Shown piece after piece: positions 8,905 to 16,706 of a stretch of DNA of 49,227 nucleotides. This DNA is from Candidatus Pacearchaeota archaeon (GTDB lineage: Archaea > Nanobdellota > Nanobdellia > Pacearchaeales > GW2011-AR1). Under the pieces are notes generated by a model that did not search any database, was not told the origin of the DNA, and saw only the letters and a list, made by a program, of their open reading frames with translations. Both the position numbers and the translations under genes were made by a program. The stretch spans positions 1 to 49,227 of the forward strand of contig JAFCDA010000002.1 in assembly GCA_017609915.1 (NCBI GenBank), given 5' to 3'. The first letter of the stretch is position 1, and each line of letters starts with the position of its first letter.

Positions 8905-8928
8905 CATGTCCCTTATTAATTAAATAAT

Positions 8929-9888
8929 ATGGTAAAATTAGACAAAAAAGACAAAAGAATCCTAACTATGTTAGATGAAAATGCTCGCTATAGCAATAGC
9001 CAAATTGCAAGAAAAGTAGGGTTAAGTAAGCCTGCTGTTGAATATCGCCTTAAACGATTTGAAAAAAATAAGATCATCTTTCAATATTATACAGTTATTG
9101 ATATTACTAAATTAGGGTTTTCACAATATAAAATATACTTTAAGTTTCAAAATACAGATTTAGAAGATGAAAAAAGAATTGTGGATTATTGGAATAATAA
9201 TAAAAATTCTGTTTGGGTTGCTCAGATAAGGGGTAATTGGGATTTAGCAGTTTCCATATTAGCAAAATCAAATTTTAAATTTGGAAAGATTCTTAATCAG
9301 TTTATGAATAAATTTTCTAAATTTATTCTTCTAAAAGATGTATTATTAACAGAATATTCTCCAGTTTATGCAAGAGAATATTTAACAGAAACAAAACCTT
9401 CTGAATTTATTTATGGAATTCCAAGTAAAATCTATAAATTAGATGAAATAGACCAAAAAATCTTAAAAGAGCTCTCAAAAAATGCAAGAATAAATATTGT
9501 GGATTTGGCTGAGAAAACTCATTTAACTAGAGACACTATAAGTTATAGAATAAAAAAATTAACTAAAGAAAATATAATCATTCAATTTAGAACTTATCTT
9601 AATCTTCATAATTTAGGGATAAATCATTATAAAGTTATTTTTAGAACTAAGAATTTTGATCAAGAAGCTGAAAACAAAATTAAACAATATGTCTCAAACC
9701 ATAAAAAAGTTACTCAGTTTTTAAAGCTGATTGGAAGTTGGGATTTAGAAATTGAGTTTGAAACAGAGAATGAGGATGAACTTTACAAGATTTTAACTGA
9801 TATAAGAAAAAAATTCTCCAATATAATCAGAGATTTTGATATTTTGAGAATAACTGAGACTTATAAATATGATTATTTCCCATTTTAA
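8929..9888 (+). CDS. Tandem (double) Lrp/AsnC-type transcriptional regulator, paralog 2
   Basis: Collinear with 5156..6115 at roughly half identity by eye. Shared blocks include NKNSVWV, TEYSPV, LKLIGSWD and the C-terminal Y-x-Y-FPF. Confidence 0.65.
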   Translation: MVKLDKKDKRILTMLDENARYSNSQIARKVGLSKPAVEYRLKRFEKNKIIFQYYTVIDITKLGFSQYKIYFKFQNTDLEDEKRIVDYWNNNKNSVWVAQIRGNWDLAVSILAKSNFKFGKILNQFMNKFSKFILLKDVLLTEYSPVYAREYLTETKPSEFIYGIPSKIYKLDEIDQKILKELSKNARINIVDLAEKTHLTRDTISYRIKKLTKENIIIQFRTYLNLHNLGINHYKVIFRTKNFDQEAENKIKQYVSNHKKVTQFLKLIGSWDLEIEFETENEDELYKILTDIRKKFSNIIRDFDILRITETYKYDYFPF

Positions 9889-9892
9889 ACTT

Positions 9893-10375
9893 TCACATCC
9901 CATATTTCCTTTCTTCTAATTTTTGTAAAAGAATTGTAAAATCATGAAATCTTCCATCATCTTTTCTGTAATAAATCTTTAAGTTTTCTTCATTTGGGGG
10001 AAATTTCTTTCTTAAAATATCAATAATCAAATTCTCAATTAGCTTTCTACAGAGAATAAATGCCCCGGTATATGCTCCAACTTTATAAGCTCTGTTAATC
10101 TCTAACACAAGTTTCTTATAAAAAATATCCTCAAATTCACATTTTAGAATGTCAGTCTTATAAATTGTCTCCTTCAAACTTAATTCTTGATCTCCTTGGA
10201 TAAATTGCCTCTTTTCATAATCATAAGAGATTCCACATATCTGAAGATAATGAATTAAATCCTTCCTCCAATCTTTAACATCTTCTCCATAATGATTCCA
10301 ATTATCCCATTGCATCCTCCTAAAATTTGAGGAATAGTTTGTATAGGCAGACCAGAAGGCAATGGAAAAATACAA
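9893..10375 (-). CDS. Hypothetical protein (possibly truncated)
   Basis: 160-aa ORF with no motif I can name confidently. Ends 5 nt from the convergent regulator gene. Confidence 0.35.
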   Translation of the reverse strand: MYFSIAFWSAYTNYSSNFRRMQWDNWNHYGEDVKDWRKDLIHYLQICGISYDYEKRQFIQGDQELSLKETIYKTDILKCEFEDIFYKKLVLEINRAYKVGAYTGAFILCRKLIENLIIDILRKKFPPNEENLKIYYRKDDGRFHDFTILLQKLEERKYGM

Positions 10376-10553
10376 GTTTTGAATAATCTATTGGATTTTC
10401 TATTATCTATGGGTTGTATTATCATTCCCCCAATAGTTGTTGGAAATGCCCACAAGATTGGGGAAATAAAGAATGATCCCATCGCAGAGTTATCTTTTAA
10501 GAATTTAGTTGAAAAGCTACTGAAAACAAAAAAATCATGTTGAAGATTGTTTA

Positions 10554-10706
10554 ATTTATCTTAGGACTTATTTCTTTACAATTTTCCAAAAGAAATTCTG
10601 AGGGTTCTGCACCTCTCCAGTAGCAAGCAACTTTTAAAAACCTTAAATCACTTATTTTATCAATAAACAACGGCGTTATTATTTTTCTGAACGCTTGGTG
10701 TGGGCG
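10554..10706 (-). pseudogene. Possible tyrosine-recombinase internal remnant (no start codon)
   Basis: The open frame RPHQAFRKIITPLFIDKISDLRFLKVACYWRGAEPSEFLLENCKEISPKIN resembles recombinase box I (..tGxRxSElxxL..) with the Arg replaced by Glu. The frame opens inside the att repeat. Confidence 0.25.
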
Positions 10707-10711
10707 TTATA
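10694..10711 (+). repeat. attR-like direct repeat (copy of the tRNA-Ser 3' end)
   Basis: cttggtgtgggcgttata versus cctggtgtgggcgttata at 3844-3861. Confidence 0.6.
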
Positions 10712-10748
10712 TACAAAATTCTATAAACCCTTAATTCCTAATTAAAAT

Positions 10749-11396
10749 ATGAAAAGACTAAGAGAGGTTATTTTAGCTACAGGATTAAGCTTATTAGCAT
10801 TAATTACTATTGGTTGTATAAATTCATTCCCAACAGTAAACATAGATTCAATCCTTCCAGACGAACGTAAAAGAATTCCTTACAGAGAAACAAAACAAAA
10901 AGCCACTCTTGTGGCAAATGCTGTTGAAGGATATTTTCCTGAAGGAGTGCTAATCCATAAAGAATCAAATAAATATGTGGCTCTCGAAGTTTTTAAAGGA
11001 GAAAGAAAACCTTTTTTTAATATACTTAATGATGGCAGAACATTAAGGATAACCACATACAAATTTAAAAGTCCAATTAAAGAAATTAAAAAATATTTCA
11101 TACGCGAAAAAGATAAAACTACAATCTTTTATAAAATAGGTGCGACAAAAGTTTTAGATGAAAGCGATTATTTTTTTAAAAAAATTGTTAATGATGAAAA
11201 TACTGACGGGCTACGAAGAAGAGACCCAGGAGATTTTGTAAGAACAATAATTGAAGGGCGAGAAAGAATATTAACAAATGGGAATATCACAACTAATAAT
11301 AAAATAAAAAGAAAGGATAGATTAGATTCTCAGTTAACAGACGAAAACATTCTTTATAGAGAAAGTCTAGAACAATTTGAATCTTATTCAAAATAG
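10749..11396 (+). CDS. Hypothetical secreted protein or lipoprotein
   Basis: N-terminal signal-like sequence MKRLREVILATGLSLLALITIGC with a lipobox-like Cys. No recognisable domain. Confidence 0.5.
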   Translation: MKRLREVILATGLSLLALITIGCINSFPTVNIDSILPDERKRIPYRETKQKATLVANAVEGYFPEGVLIHKESNKYVALEVFKGERKPFFNILNDGRTLRITTYKFKSPIKEIKKYFIREKDKTTIFYKIGATKVLDESDYFFKKIVNDENTDGLRRRDPGDFVRTIIEGRERILTNGNITTNNKIKRKDRLDSQLTDENILYRESLEQFESYSK

Positions 11397-11723
11397 TGAC
11401 ATCCTCCACGGGCTAAAGCCCGTGGCTTCCTTAGTATCTTTAATCATAATCAAGCCTCACACAACATAAGTTAAAGCTTTAAAATTTATGTGATACTAAT
11501 ATCAACCACTACAAGTCTTTGACCAATCAGGGACTCCCGATCCTCTTTCCTCAATGACTTATGTAGTAATTGCTGATAATAAAATACATGCAGCATTATC
11601 AGCAGATAAAAATTTAGTGGGAAATCTTAGACTCCCAAAGGGAGAGAAAATCACAAAATCTTCTCTAGATGCATATCCTTATGTGACTGAAAAAGGAATT
11701 TTAATCACTCAATATTAATCATT

Positions 11724-11773
11724 CTCGTAACCAGTTTCAAACAAACCTTTAAAAACAAAAACAGATAATATAT
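11724..11773 (+). repeat. 50-bp perfect direct repeat, left copy (promoter region followed by a 16-aa ORF stub)
   Basis: ctcgtaaccagtttcaaacaaacctttaaaaacaaaaacagataatatat is identical to 18716-18765. It contains the TATA-like sequence CCTTTAAAAAC. Confidence 0.9.
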
Positions 11774-11893
11774 TATGAAAAAAGACATAATAACATATTT
11801 GATTTTAAAAATTATAATCCTGTAAGGTTCTACAGGGATGTGCCACTACTTCAATCTAAGTAGGTATTAAGTATCTTTTCTTCTTACTAATTA

Positions 11894-11944
11894 TGAATAC
11901 TTATTCAAAATAGAAACATTTAAATAGTATTGAATACTTATTCA
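11894..11944 (+). promoter_or_regulatory. Pair of identical 14-bp palindromic boxes TGAATAcTTATTCA flanking a TATA-like sequence (candidate operator)
   Basis: Boxes at 11894-11907 and 11931-11944, 37 bp start to start, with the half-sites TGAATA/TATTCA inverted. Located upstream of the 12.1-18.7 kb operon. Confidence 0.35.
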
Positions 11945-11951
11945 TAACACA

Positions 11952-12119
11952 ATGAAACAAAATAATAAACAAAGAAAACTAGAAAATCTAATTATAGTTT
12001 TATCTCCTTTAAACCATGAAATTTCAAAAATTCCTTTAGCAGGAAAAATGTACTTAAAATTATATGAATCAGTATTAAAAAATAAATTACCAAATTATCA
12101 AAATTTCATATTCAAATAA
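11952..12119 (+). CDS. Small hypothetical ORF (55 aa)
   Basis: Not in the ORF track. MKQNNKQRKLENLIIVLSPLNHEISKIPLAGKMYLKLYESVLKNKLPNYQNFIFK. Lies immediately downstream of the palindrome pair. Coding status is uncertain. Confidence 0.25.
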   Translation: MKQNNKQRKLENLIIVLSPLNHEISKIPLAGKMYLKLYESVLKNKLPNYQNFIFK

Positions 12120-12146
12120 ATTATGCGAAAGCAGGAGAAAAACAAA

Positions 12147-12311
12147 ATGCCAGGACAAGATAGAACAGGACCTGAAGGAAAAGGGCCTAAAACAGGAAGG
12201 CAAATGGGAAATTGCAAAGGAGCAAAACCAATTGCAGGAAGAAGACTTGGAAGGGGCTTAGGTAGGGGAAGGGGTTTTGGAAGAAGAACTCAAAACCAAA
12301 AAACAAAATAA
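12147..12311 (+). CDS. DUF5320-family small Gly/Arg-rich protein
   Basis: MPGQDRTGPEGKGPKTGRQMGNC...GRGLGRGRGFGRR. AGGAG lies upstream of the internal ATG; the ORF track starts at 12123. Confidence 0.6.
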   Translation: MPGQDRTGPEGKGPKTGRQMGNCKGAKPIAGRRLGRGLGRGRGFGRRTQNQKTK

Positions 12312-12312
12312 A

Positions 12313-12783
12313 ATGCCAAGACCTTGTATAAAAAGAAGAATTAGAGGACGCCCAAACTCTTATTATTTTAAACCTGCAGGAATAAGAATAATAGAATTAG
12401 AAGAAACTACATTAAACATGCCAGAATTTGAAGCAATAAGATTTGTTGATTTTAAAAACATAGAACAGAGCAAAGCAGCAAAACAAATGCAAGTATCACA
12501 ACCAACTTTATCAAGAATTTTAACATCTGCAAGAAAAAAAATCTCAGATGCTATAATCAATGGAAAGGCGATTAAAATTCAAGGAGGTGATTATAAAATG
12601 GTTCAGCCAACAAGAAAAGGTGCAGGAAGAAGAGCTGGCAGAGGAAGAATGGGTGGCTTTGCAGCAGGTCCGGGAGGAGATTGCATCTGTCCAAAATGCG
12701 GAGCAACAACAACCCATCAAATAGGAATTCCTTGCAACAAACAAAAATGTCCTAAATGCCAAAGCCTTATGACAAGAAGATAA
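12313..12783 (+). CDS. DUF134 (UPF0251) putative DNA-binding protein with a C-terminal Cys4 zinc-ribbon-like tail
   Basis: MPRPCIKRRIRGRPNSYYFKPAG...EFEAIRFVDF..QSKAAKQMQVSQPTLSRIL, followed by CICPKCG...CPKC. The internal start follows directly after the DUF5320 stop. Confidence 0.7.
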   Translation: MPRPCIKRRIRGRPNSYYFKPAGIRIIELEETTLNMPEFEAIRFVDFKNIEQSKAAKQMQVSQPTLSRILTSARKKISDAIINGKAIKIQGGDYKMVQPTRKGAGRRAGRGRMGGFAAGPGGDCICPKCGATTTHQIGIPCNKQKCPKCQSLMTRR

Positions 12784-12817
12784 AAATTCTTAAATAAACT
12801 GTAAGGAGAAAAACAAA

Positions 12818-13147
12818 ATGGTTATGGATGTAACAGATATAGATTTTAAAGAGAAAGTAATAGAAAACTCAAAAGAGACACCAATAGTTGTAGATTTTTG
12901 GGCACAATGGTGTCAACCATGTTTAATACTGGGCCCAATTTTAGAAGAACTTGAAGAAGAATCCAAAGACAAATTTGTTTTAGTAAAAATAAATGTAGAT
13001 GAGGCTCCTGAAACAAGCAAACAATATAACGTAATGTCAATACCAAGTGTAAAAATGTTTAAACAAGGAAAACAAATAGCTGAATTTGTTGGAGCCTTGC
13101 CTAAAGAACAAGTAAAAGAATGGTTTGATAAAAATTTGGAAGAATAA
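12818..13147 (+). CDS. trxA: Thioredoxin
   Basis: 109 aa. VVDFWAQWCQPCLILGP active site (WCxPC) and a thioredoxin-fold pattern. Confidence 0.85.
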   Translation: MVMDVTDIDFKEKVIENSKETPIVVDFWAQWCQPCLILGPILEELEEESKDKFVLVKINVDEAPETSKQYNVMSIPSVKMFKQGKQIAEFVGALPKEQVKEWFDKNLEE

Positions 13148-13148
13148 T

Positions 13149-13958
13149 ATGAAAATTAAAAATATTAGTATTTTACCTGGGTACAATAAGAAAAAAGAGA
13201 AAGAAAGCAAGAAAAAAATAGAAATTCTTGAAGGACAAAAAATAGGGATAGTTGGACATACAGGTTCAGGAAAAAGTCAATTGCTTTATGATATTGAAAA
13301 GTTAGCTTATGGAGAAACAAAAACTAAAAGAAAAATTTTTATTAATGGAGAAAAACCTAACAAAAATTTAAAAACAGACCCAACTATTAAAATAATTGGT
13401 TATTTAACCCAACATATGAATTTCATGACAGACACAACTGTTTATGATTTTCTAAAAACACACATAATAACCAGGGGGAAACATAATACAAAAGAAGAAA
13501 CAGAAAAAATTATAAAAAAAGTAATAATTGAAGCTAATAAAATAACTGGTGAAAAAATAAAAAAAGAAACTAACTTACTAATTTTATCTGGAGGGCAATC
13601 AAGAGCTTTAATGGTTGCTGATTTAGCATATATTAGTGAATCCCCAATAATTTTAATTGATGAAATAGAAAATGCAGGAATAAAAATAAAACAGGCCCTT
13701 AATCTTCTTATTCAAAAAGGCAAAATAATTTTTTTAGTCACTCACGATCCTTTACTTGCTTTAGATACTGATAAAAGATTTGTTATGAAAAATGGTGGAA
13801 TCAGCAAGGTGATTCATACTTCTATAAAGGAAAAAGGAATTGCACATTATCTTTCATGGATAAATGATTATATCTTAGATATAAGAGAAGAAATAAGAGA
13901 AGGTAAAAAAATAAATAAACTAAAATTAATATGTACACCAACAGGAGAAGAAAAATGA
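13149..13958 (+). CDS. Stand-alone ABC-type ATPase domain protein
   Basis: Walker A GHTGSGKS, signature LSGGQSRAL, Walker B ILIDEIE, H-loop THD. No permease partner is adjacent. Confidence 0.65.
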   Translation: MKIKNISILPGYNKKKEKESKKKIEILEGQKIGIVGHTGSGKSQLLYDIEKLAYGETKTKRKIFINGEKPNKNLKTDPTIKIIGYLTQHMNFMTDTTVYDFLKTHIITRGKHNTKEETEKIIKKVIIEANKITGEKIKKETNLLILSGGQSRALMVADLAYISESPIILIDEIENAGIKIKQALNLLIQKGKIIFLVTHDPLLALDTDKRFVMKNGGISKVIHTSIKEKGIAHYLSWINDYILDIREEIREGKKINKLKLICTPTGEEK

Positions 13959-14743
13959 AAGTTATAATTTTTGGGGGAACACCTGGAAGTGGAAAAACAA
14001 GTATAATTAAATTTATAATTCAGGAATTAAAAAATTTAAAAATTCATTATGTCAAATTTGATGTTTTGAATACAGATGATGATTTATTAATCAAACAAAA
14101 ATTTGGAATAAGCACAGAAAATAAAATTTCTGGAGAAGCATGTCCAGACCATTATGCTGCTTTAGAAATTCCAAAAATAATTAAAGAACATAAAGACAAA
14201 GATTTGATAATTATAGAAACCGCAGGTTTATGTTTAAGATGTTCTCCTTATGTAAATGAAGGATTAGCTGTAAATGTTTTAAATATTTTAGCTGGAAAAC
14301 CTTCTGGTTATGGTCCTTTACTAACTGATGCCGATGTAATTGTTGTATCTAAAGGAGATTTAATTTCCCAAGCAGAAAGAGAAATATTCAGAAGCAAGAT
14401 TTTAGAAGTAAATAAAAATGCTTTGATAATTGATGGGAATGGTTTAACTGGAGAAGGAGCAATTGATGTAGCTGAAAAAATAAAAGAATCTCAAGAAGTA
14501 AAAAATATTCTTACTTTAAAACACTCTATGCCTACTGGAATATGCGGATATTGCTATGGTAATAAAATATTAGATTCTGAAGAAACATTAAATAGATATA
14601 ATCAAGGAAAAGAATTGAAATCAAGAATTCCTAATTTAAATTGTGGTAAATGTGGATTTAAATCATGTAATGAATTTATAAGGGCAGTTTTAGATAAAAA
14701 AGTAGAAGAAAATAAATGTCCTTATATAAAAAATAAAGAATAA
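13955..14743 (+). CDS. P-loop NTPase (G3E/SIMIBI-like) with a C-terminal Cys-rich putative Fe-S domain
   Basis: GGTPGSGKT P-loop, IIETAG, SKGD (NKxD-like), then CGYC and CGKCGFKSCNEF...CPY. ATGA overlap with the upstream gene. Confidence 0.55.
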   Translation: MKVIIFGGTPGSGKTSIIKFIIQELKNLKIHYVKFDVLNTDDDLLIKQKFGISTENKISGEACPDHYAALEIPKIIKEHKDKDLIIIETAGLCLRCSPYVNEGLAVNVLNILAGKPSGYGPLLTDADVIVVSKGDLISQAEREIFRSKILEVNKNALIIDGNGLTGEGAIDVAEKIKESQEVKNILTLKHSMPTGICGYCYGNKILDSEETLNRYNQGKELKSRIPNLNCGKCGFKSCNEFIRAVLDKKVEENKCPYIKNKE

Positions 14744-14764
14744 AAAGAAAATGAGTTTATTTAA

Positions 14765-14947
14765 AAAAAATGCCTATATTGTGGAATTAAAATCGAAAAA
14801 GGAAAGGAAGTATTTGCAGAAGTAAAAGTTCCAGAATTTAAAGAGAAAGTAATAAAAACTTTTTGTAGTCAAGAACATGCAAAATTTTATAAAAAATATA
14901 TAAAAGGAATCCCAAGTAGAAATTCTTGTCCTTATTGTAAAAATTAA
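14765..14947 (+). CDS. TRASH/zinc-ribbon-like small protein; frame lacks its own ATG and is reachable from the ATG at 14751 only by a -1 shift in an A8 run
   Basis: KKCLYCGIKIEKGKEVFAEVKVPEFKEKVIKTFCSQEHAKFYKKYIKGIPSRNSCPYCKN shows a CxxC...FCSxxH pattern and a C-terminal CxxC. Confidence 0.35.
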   Translation, partial: KKCLYCGIKIEKGKEVFAEVKVPEFKEKVIKTFCSQEHAKFYKKYIKGIPSRNSCPYCKN

Positions 14948-14954
14948 AGTAAAA

Positions 14955-15137
14955 ATGGTAAAAATAAACAAAGAAAAATGCGATGGGTGTGGAAATTGTG
15001 TAGAAGTTTGCCCATTTGGTGTTTTAGAAATTAAAAATGGAAACGCAGTAGTTAAAGATACTAAAAATTGCAAGAAATGTGGAGCATGTATGCATGCTTG
15101 TCCAAATGATGCAATTGAACTTGAAAATGGAAAATAA
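14955..15137 (+). CDS. 2x[4Fe-4S] ferredoxin
   Basis: CDGCGNCVEVCP and CKKCGACMHACP. 60 aa. Confidence 0.85.
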   Translation: MVKINKEKCDGCGNCVEVCPFGVLEIKNGNAVVKDTKNCKKCGACMHACPNDAIELENGK

Positions 15138-15441
15138 AATAATTAAAAATTTAACTCAAAAACTTGAAAGATATGCTAAAAAAGAAGGCTTTAAATTAAA
15201 TCCAAATAAGTCAATTGTTAAGATGAATATTAAAGGAATGCTTAAAAATAAAAAAAAGTTTGGAGAGTTTTATTGCCCATGCAGATTAGTTGCAAAAAAC
15301 AAAGAAAAAGACAAACAAATAATTTGTCCTTGCATTTTTCATAAAAAAGAGATAAAATCTCAAGGACATTGCCATTGTGGTTTATTTGTTCAAAAAAATA
15401 AAGAAAGCAAAGGAGGAGATAAAAATGCCTTGGGTAGATGA
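15127..15441 (+). CDS. Ferredoxin:thioredoxin reductase catalytic-subunit-like protein
   Basis: CPCR...CPC...HCHC Cys pattern of the FTR beta chain. The internal start MENKIIKNL overlaps the ferredoxin stop. Confidence 0.7.
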   Translation: MENKIIKNLTQKLERYAKKEGFKLNPNKSIVKMNIKGMLKNKKKFGEFYCPCRLVAKNKEKDKQIICPCIFHKKEIKSQGHCHCGLFVQKNKESKGGDKNALGR

Positions 15442-15634
15442 AAATATATGTGTTGGTTGTGGAATTTGTGTTGAGGGGTGCCCTGTTAATGCTATAAGTA
15501 TGGAAAATGGAAAAGCATTAATAGATATGAAAAAATGTATTAGATGTAAAAAATGTCATGAAATTTGTCCACAAAAAGCAGTAAAGCATGATAAAGAAAA
15601 AATCAAAAGGAAGCAAAAAAATGAAAAATCTTAA
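15425..15634 (+). CDS. 2x[4Fe-4S] ferredoxin
   Basis: CVGCGICVEGCP and CIRCKKCHEICP. GGAGGAG lies upstream of the internal ATG. Confidence 0.8.
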   Translation: MPWVDENICVGCGICVEGCPVNAISMENGKALIDMKKCIRCKKCHEICPQKAVKHDKEKIKRKQKNEKS

Positions 15635-16292
15635 AATTTATTTGTTTAGACATGGACAAACTTATTATAATGAAAAAGGAATTTTTACTGGACAAAAGAA
15701 GTCTAAATTAACCCCTAAAGGAATTAAAAGTGCTAAAACAATAGCTAAAAAATTAAAAAACAAGAAATTTCAGGTTGCATTTTACACTTATTTACCCCGC
15801 TCTAAAAATACTTTAAAATATGTTTTAAAATATCATCCAGAGTGTAAAAAACTCATTAAAGATAATAGGATGATTGAAAGAAGCTATGGAGATTTAGAAG
15901 GAACCTCCCATGATTCCTTTATTAAAAAAATTGGAAAGCACGCCTATAATTTAAGGGTTGAAGGAGATGCAATTGAAAATTTATCCCCAAAATTAAGAAA
16001 AAAAGTTGAAAAGTTTTTAGGAGAAGAAAAATATAAAATAATTCATAGGGGTTGGGATAATCCAATTCCAGGGGGCGAAAGTTTTAAAATAGTTGAAAAA
16101 AGAGTTAAAAAATTCATTAAGTTTTTAATAAAGTTCATGAAGAAGAATCAAGTAAATGTAGCTATTTCTGCTCACGGAAATTCAATAAGATTATTTAGAA
16201 AAATAATAGAAAAAGCAACTATTGAAGAAACTATTAAATGGTTTATTCCTTATGATAAATATTTTGAATATACTATCAAAATAAAAAATTAA
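15621..16292 (+). CDS. Histidine phosphatase (phosphoglycerate-mutase) family protein
   Basis: LFRHGQT (RHG catalytic motif) near the N-terminus and SAHGNS near the C-terminus. Confidence 0.8.
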   Translation: MKNLKIYLFRHGQTYYNEKGIFTGQKKSKLTPKGIKSAKTIAKKLKNKKFQVAFYTYLPRSKNTLKYVLKYHPECKKLIKDNRMIERSYGDLEGTSHDSFIKKIGKHAYNLRVEGDAIENLSPKLRKKVEKFLGEEKYKIIHRGWDNPIPGGESFKIVEKRVKKFIKFLIKFMKKNQVNVAISAHGNSIRLFRKIIEKATIEETIKWFIPYDKYFEYTIKIKN

Positions 16293-16309
16293 TGCAAGGA
16301 GGTATAAAA

Positions 16310-16681
16310 ATGAAAATAGCAATAAGTTCGACAGGAAAAACTTTAGAATGTGATGTAGATGCAAGATTTGGAAGATGCAATTATTTTTTAATTGTAGAAA
16401 TAGAAAAAAATAAAATCAAAGATTTTAAAGCAATTGAAAACACAGCTAAAGCTCAAATGGGGGGGGCAGGAATTACTGCAGGAGAAATTGTTGCAAATCA
16501 AAAAGTAGATGCAATTATAACTGTTAATCTTGGTCCAAGAGCATTTTCTGTATTTGGGCAATTTAAAATTAAAATTTATCAAGGAAAAGGAAAAATTAAT
16601 GATGTTGTGCAGGATTTTATTAAAGGAAAATTAAAAGAATTAACAAATGCAACTGGCCCTCAACATATAGGCTTGAAATAA
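16310..16681 (+). CDS. NifB/NifX-like (dinitrogenase FeMo-cofactor-binding fold) protein 1
   Basis: MKIAISS...FGRCNYFLIVE...GAGITAGE...VDAIIT. AGGAGG lies upstream of the internal ATG. Confidence 0.7.
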   Translation: MKIAISSTGKTLECDVDARFGRCNYFLIVEIEKNKIKDFKAIENTAKAQMGGAGITAGEIVANQKVDAIITVNLGPRAFSVFGQFKIKIYQGKGKINDVVQDFIKGKLKELTNATGPQHIGLK

Positions 16682-16706
16682 ATAATTAAAAATAATAACG
16701 AAAACA

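Larger units (their letters stand above)
3857..10711. mobile_element. tRNA-Ser-integrated genomic island (~6.85 kb), probably immobilised because the integrase is degraded
   Basis: Bracketed by the duplicated tRNA 3' end. An integrase N-terminal fragment sits next to the tRNA and a second integrase-like remnant sits next to the distal repeat. The cargo is accessory genes. Confidence 0.5.

Noticed and set aside
10255-10482. 75-aa minus-strand ORF overlapping the 5' end of 9893-10375
   Set aside because: It is in a different frame and overlaps the other ORF by 120 nt, with no motif. It could be a frameshifted N-terminus of a decayed gene, but I cannot support calling it.
11554-11718. 54-aa plus-strand ORF (MTYVVIADNKIHAALSADKNLVGNLRLPKGEKITKSSLDAYPYVTEKGILITQY) and the GC-rich hairpin ccacgggc-taaa-gcccgtgg at 11406-11425
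   Set aside because: The ORF has no RBS and no recognisable motif, and it may be a gene fragment. The hairpin follows the lipoprotein gene, but archaeal termination mostly relies on T-tracts. Neither is called as a feature.
14774-15073. 99-aa minus-strand ORF
   Set aside because: It overlaps the plus-strand ferredoxin (clear CxxCxxCxxxCP motifs) and the TRASH-like frame. Its sequence is low-complexity F/I/T-rich.
12123-16309. Longest-ORF starts given in the track (12123, 12277, 13125, 13931, 15079, 15377, 15588, 16292)
   Set aside because: Internal ATGs preceded by GGAGG-like boxes abut or overlap the previous stop and match the family N-termini (MPGQD.., MPRPC.., MKIKN.., MKVIIFGG.., MENKI.., MPWVDE.., MKNLKIYLFRHG.., MKIAISS..). 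The upstream extensions would overlap the preceding genes.
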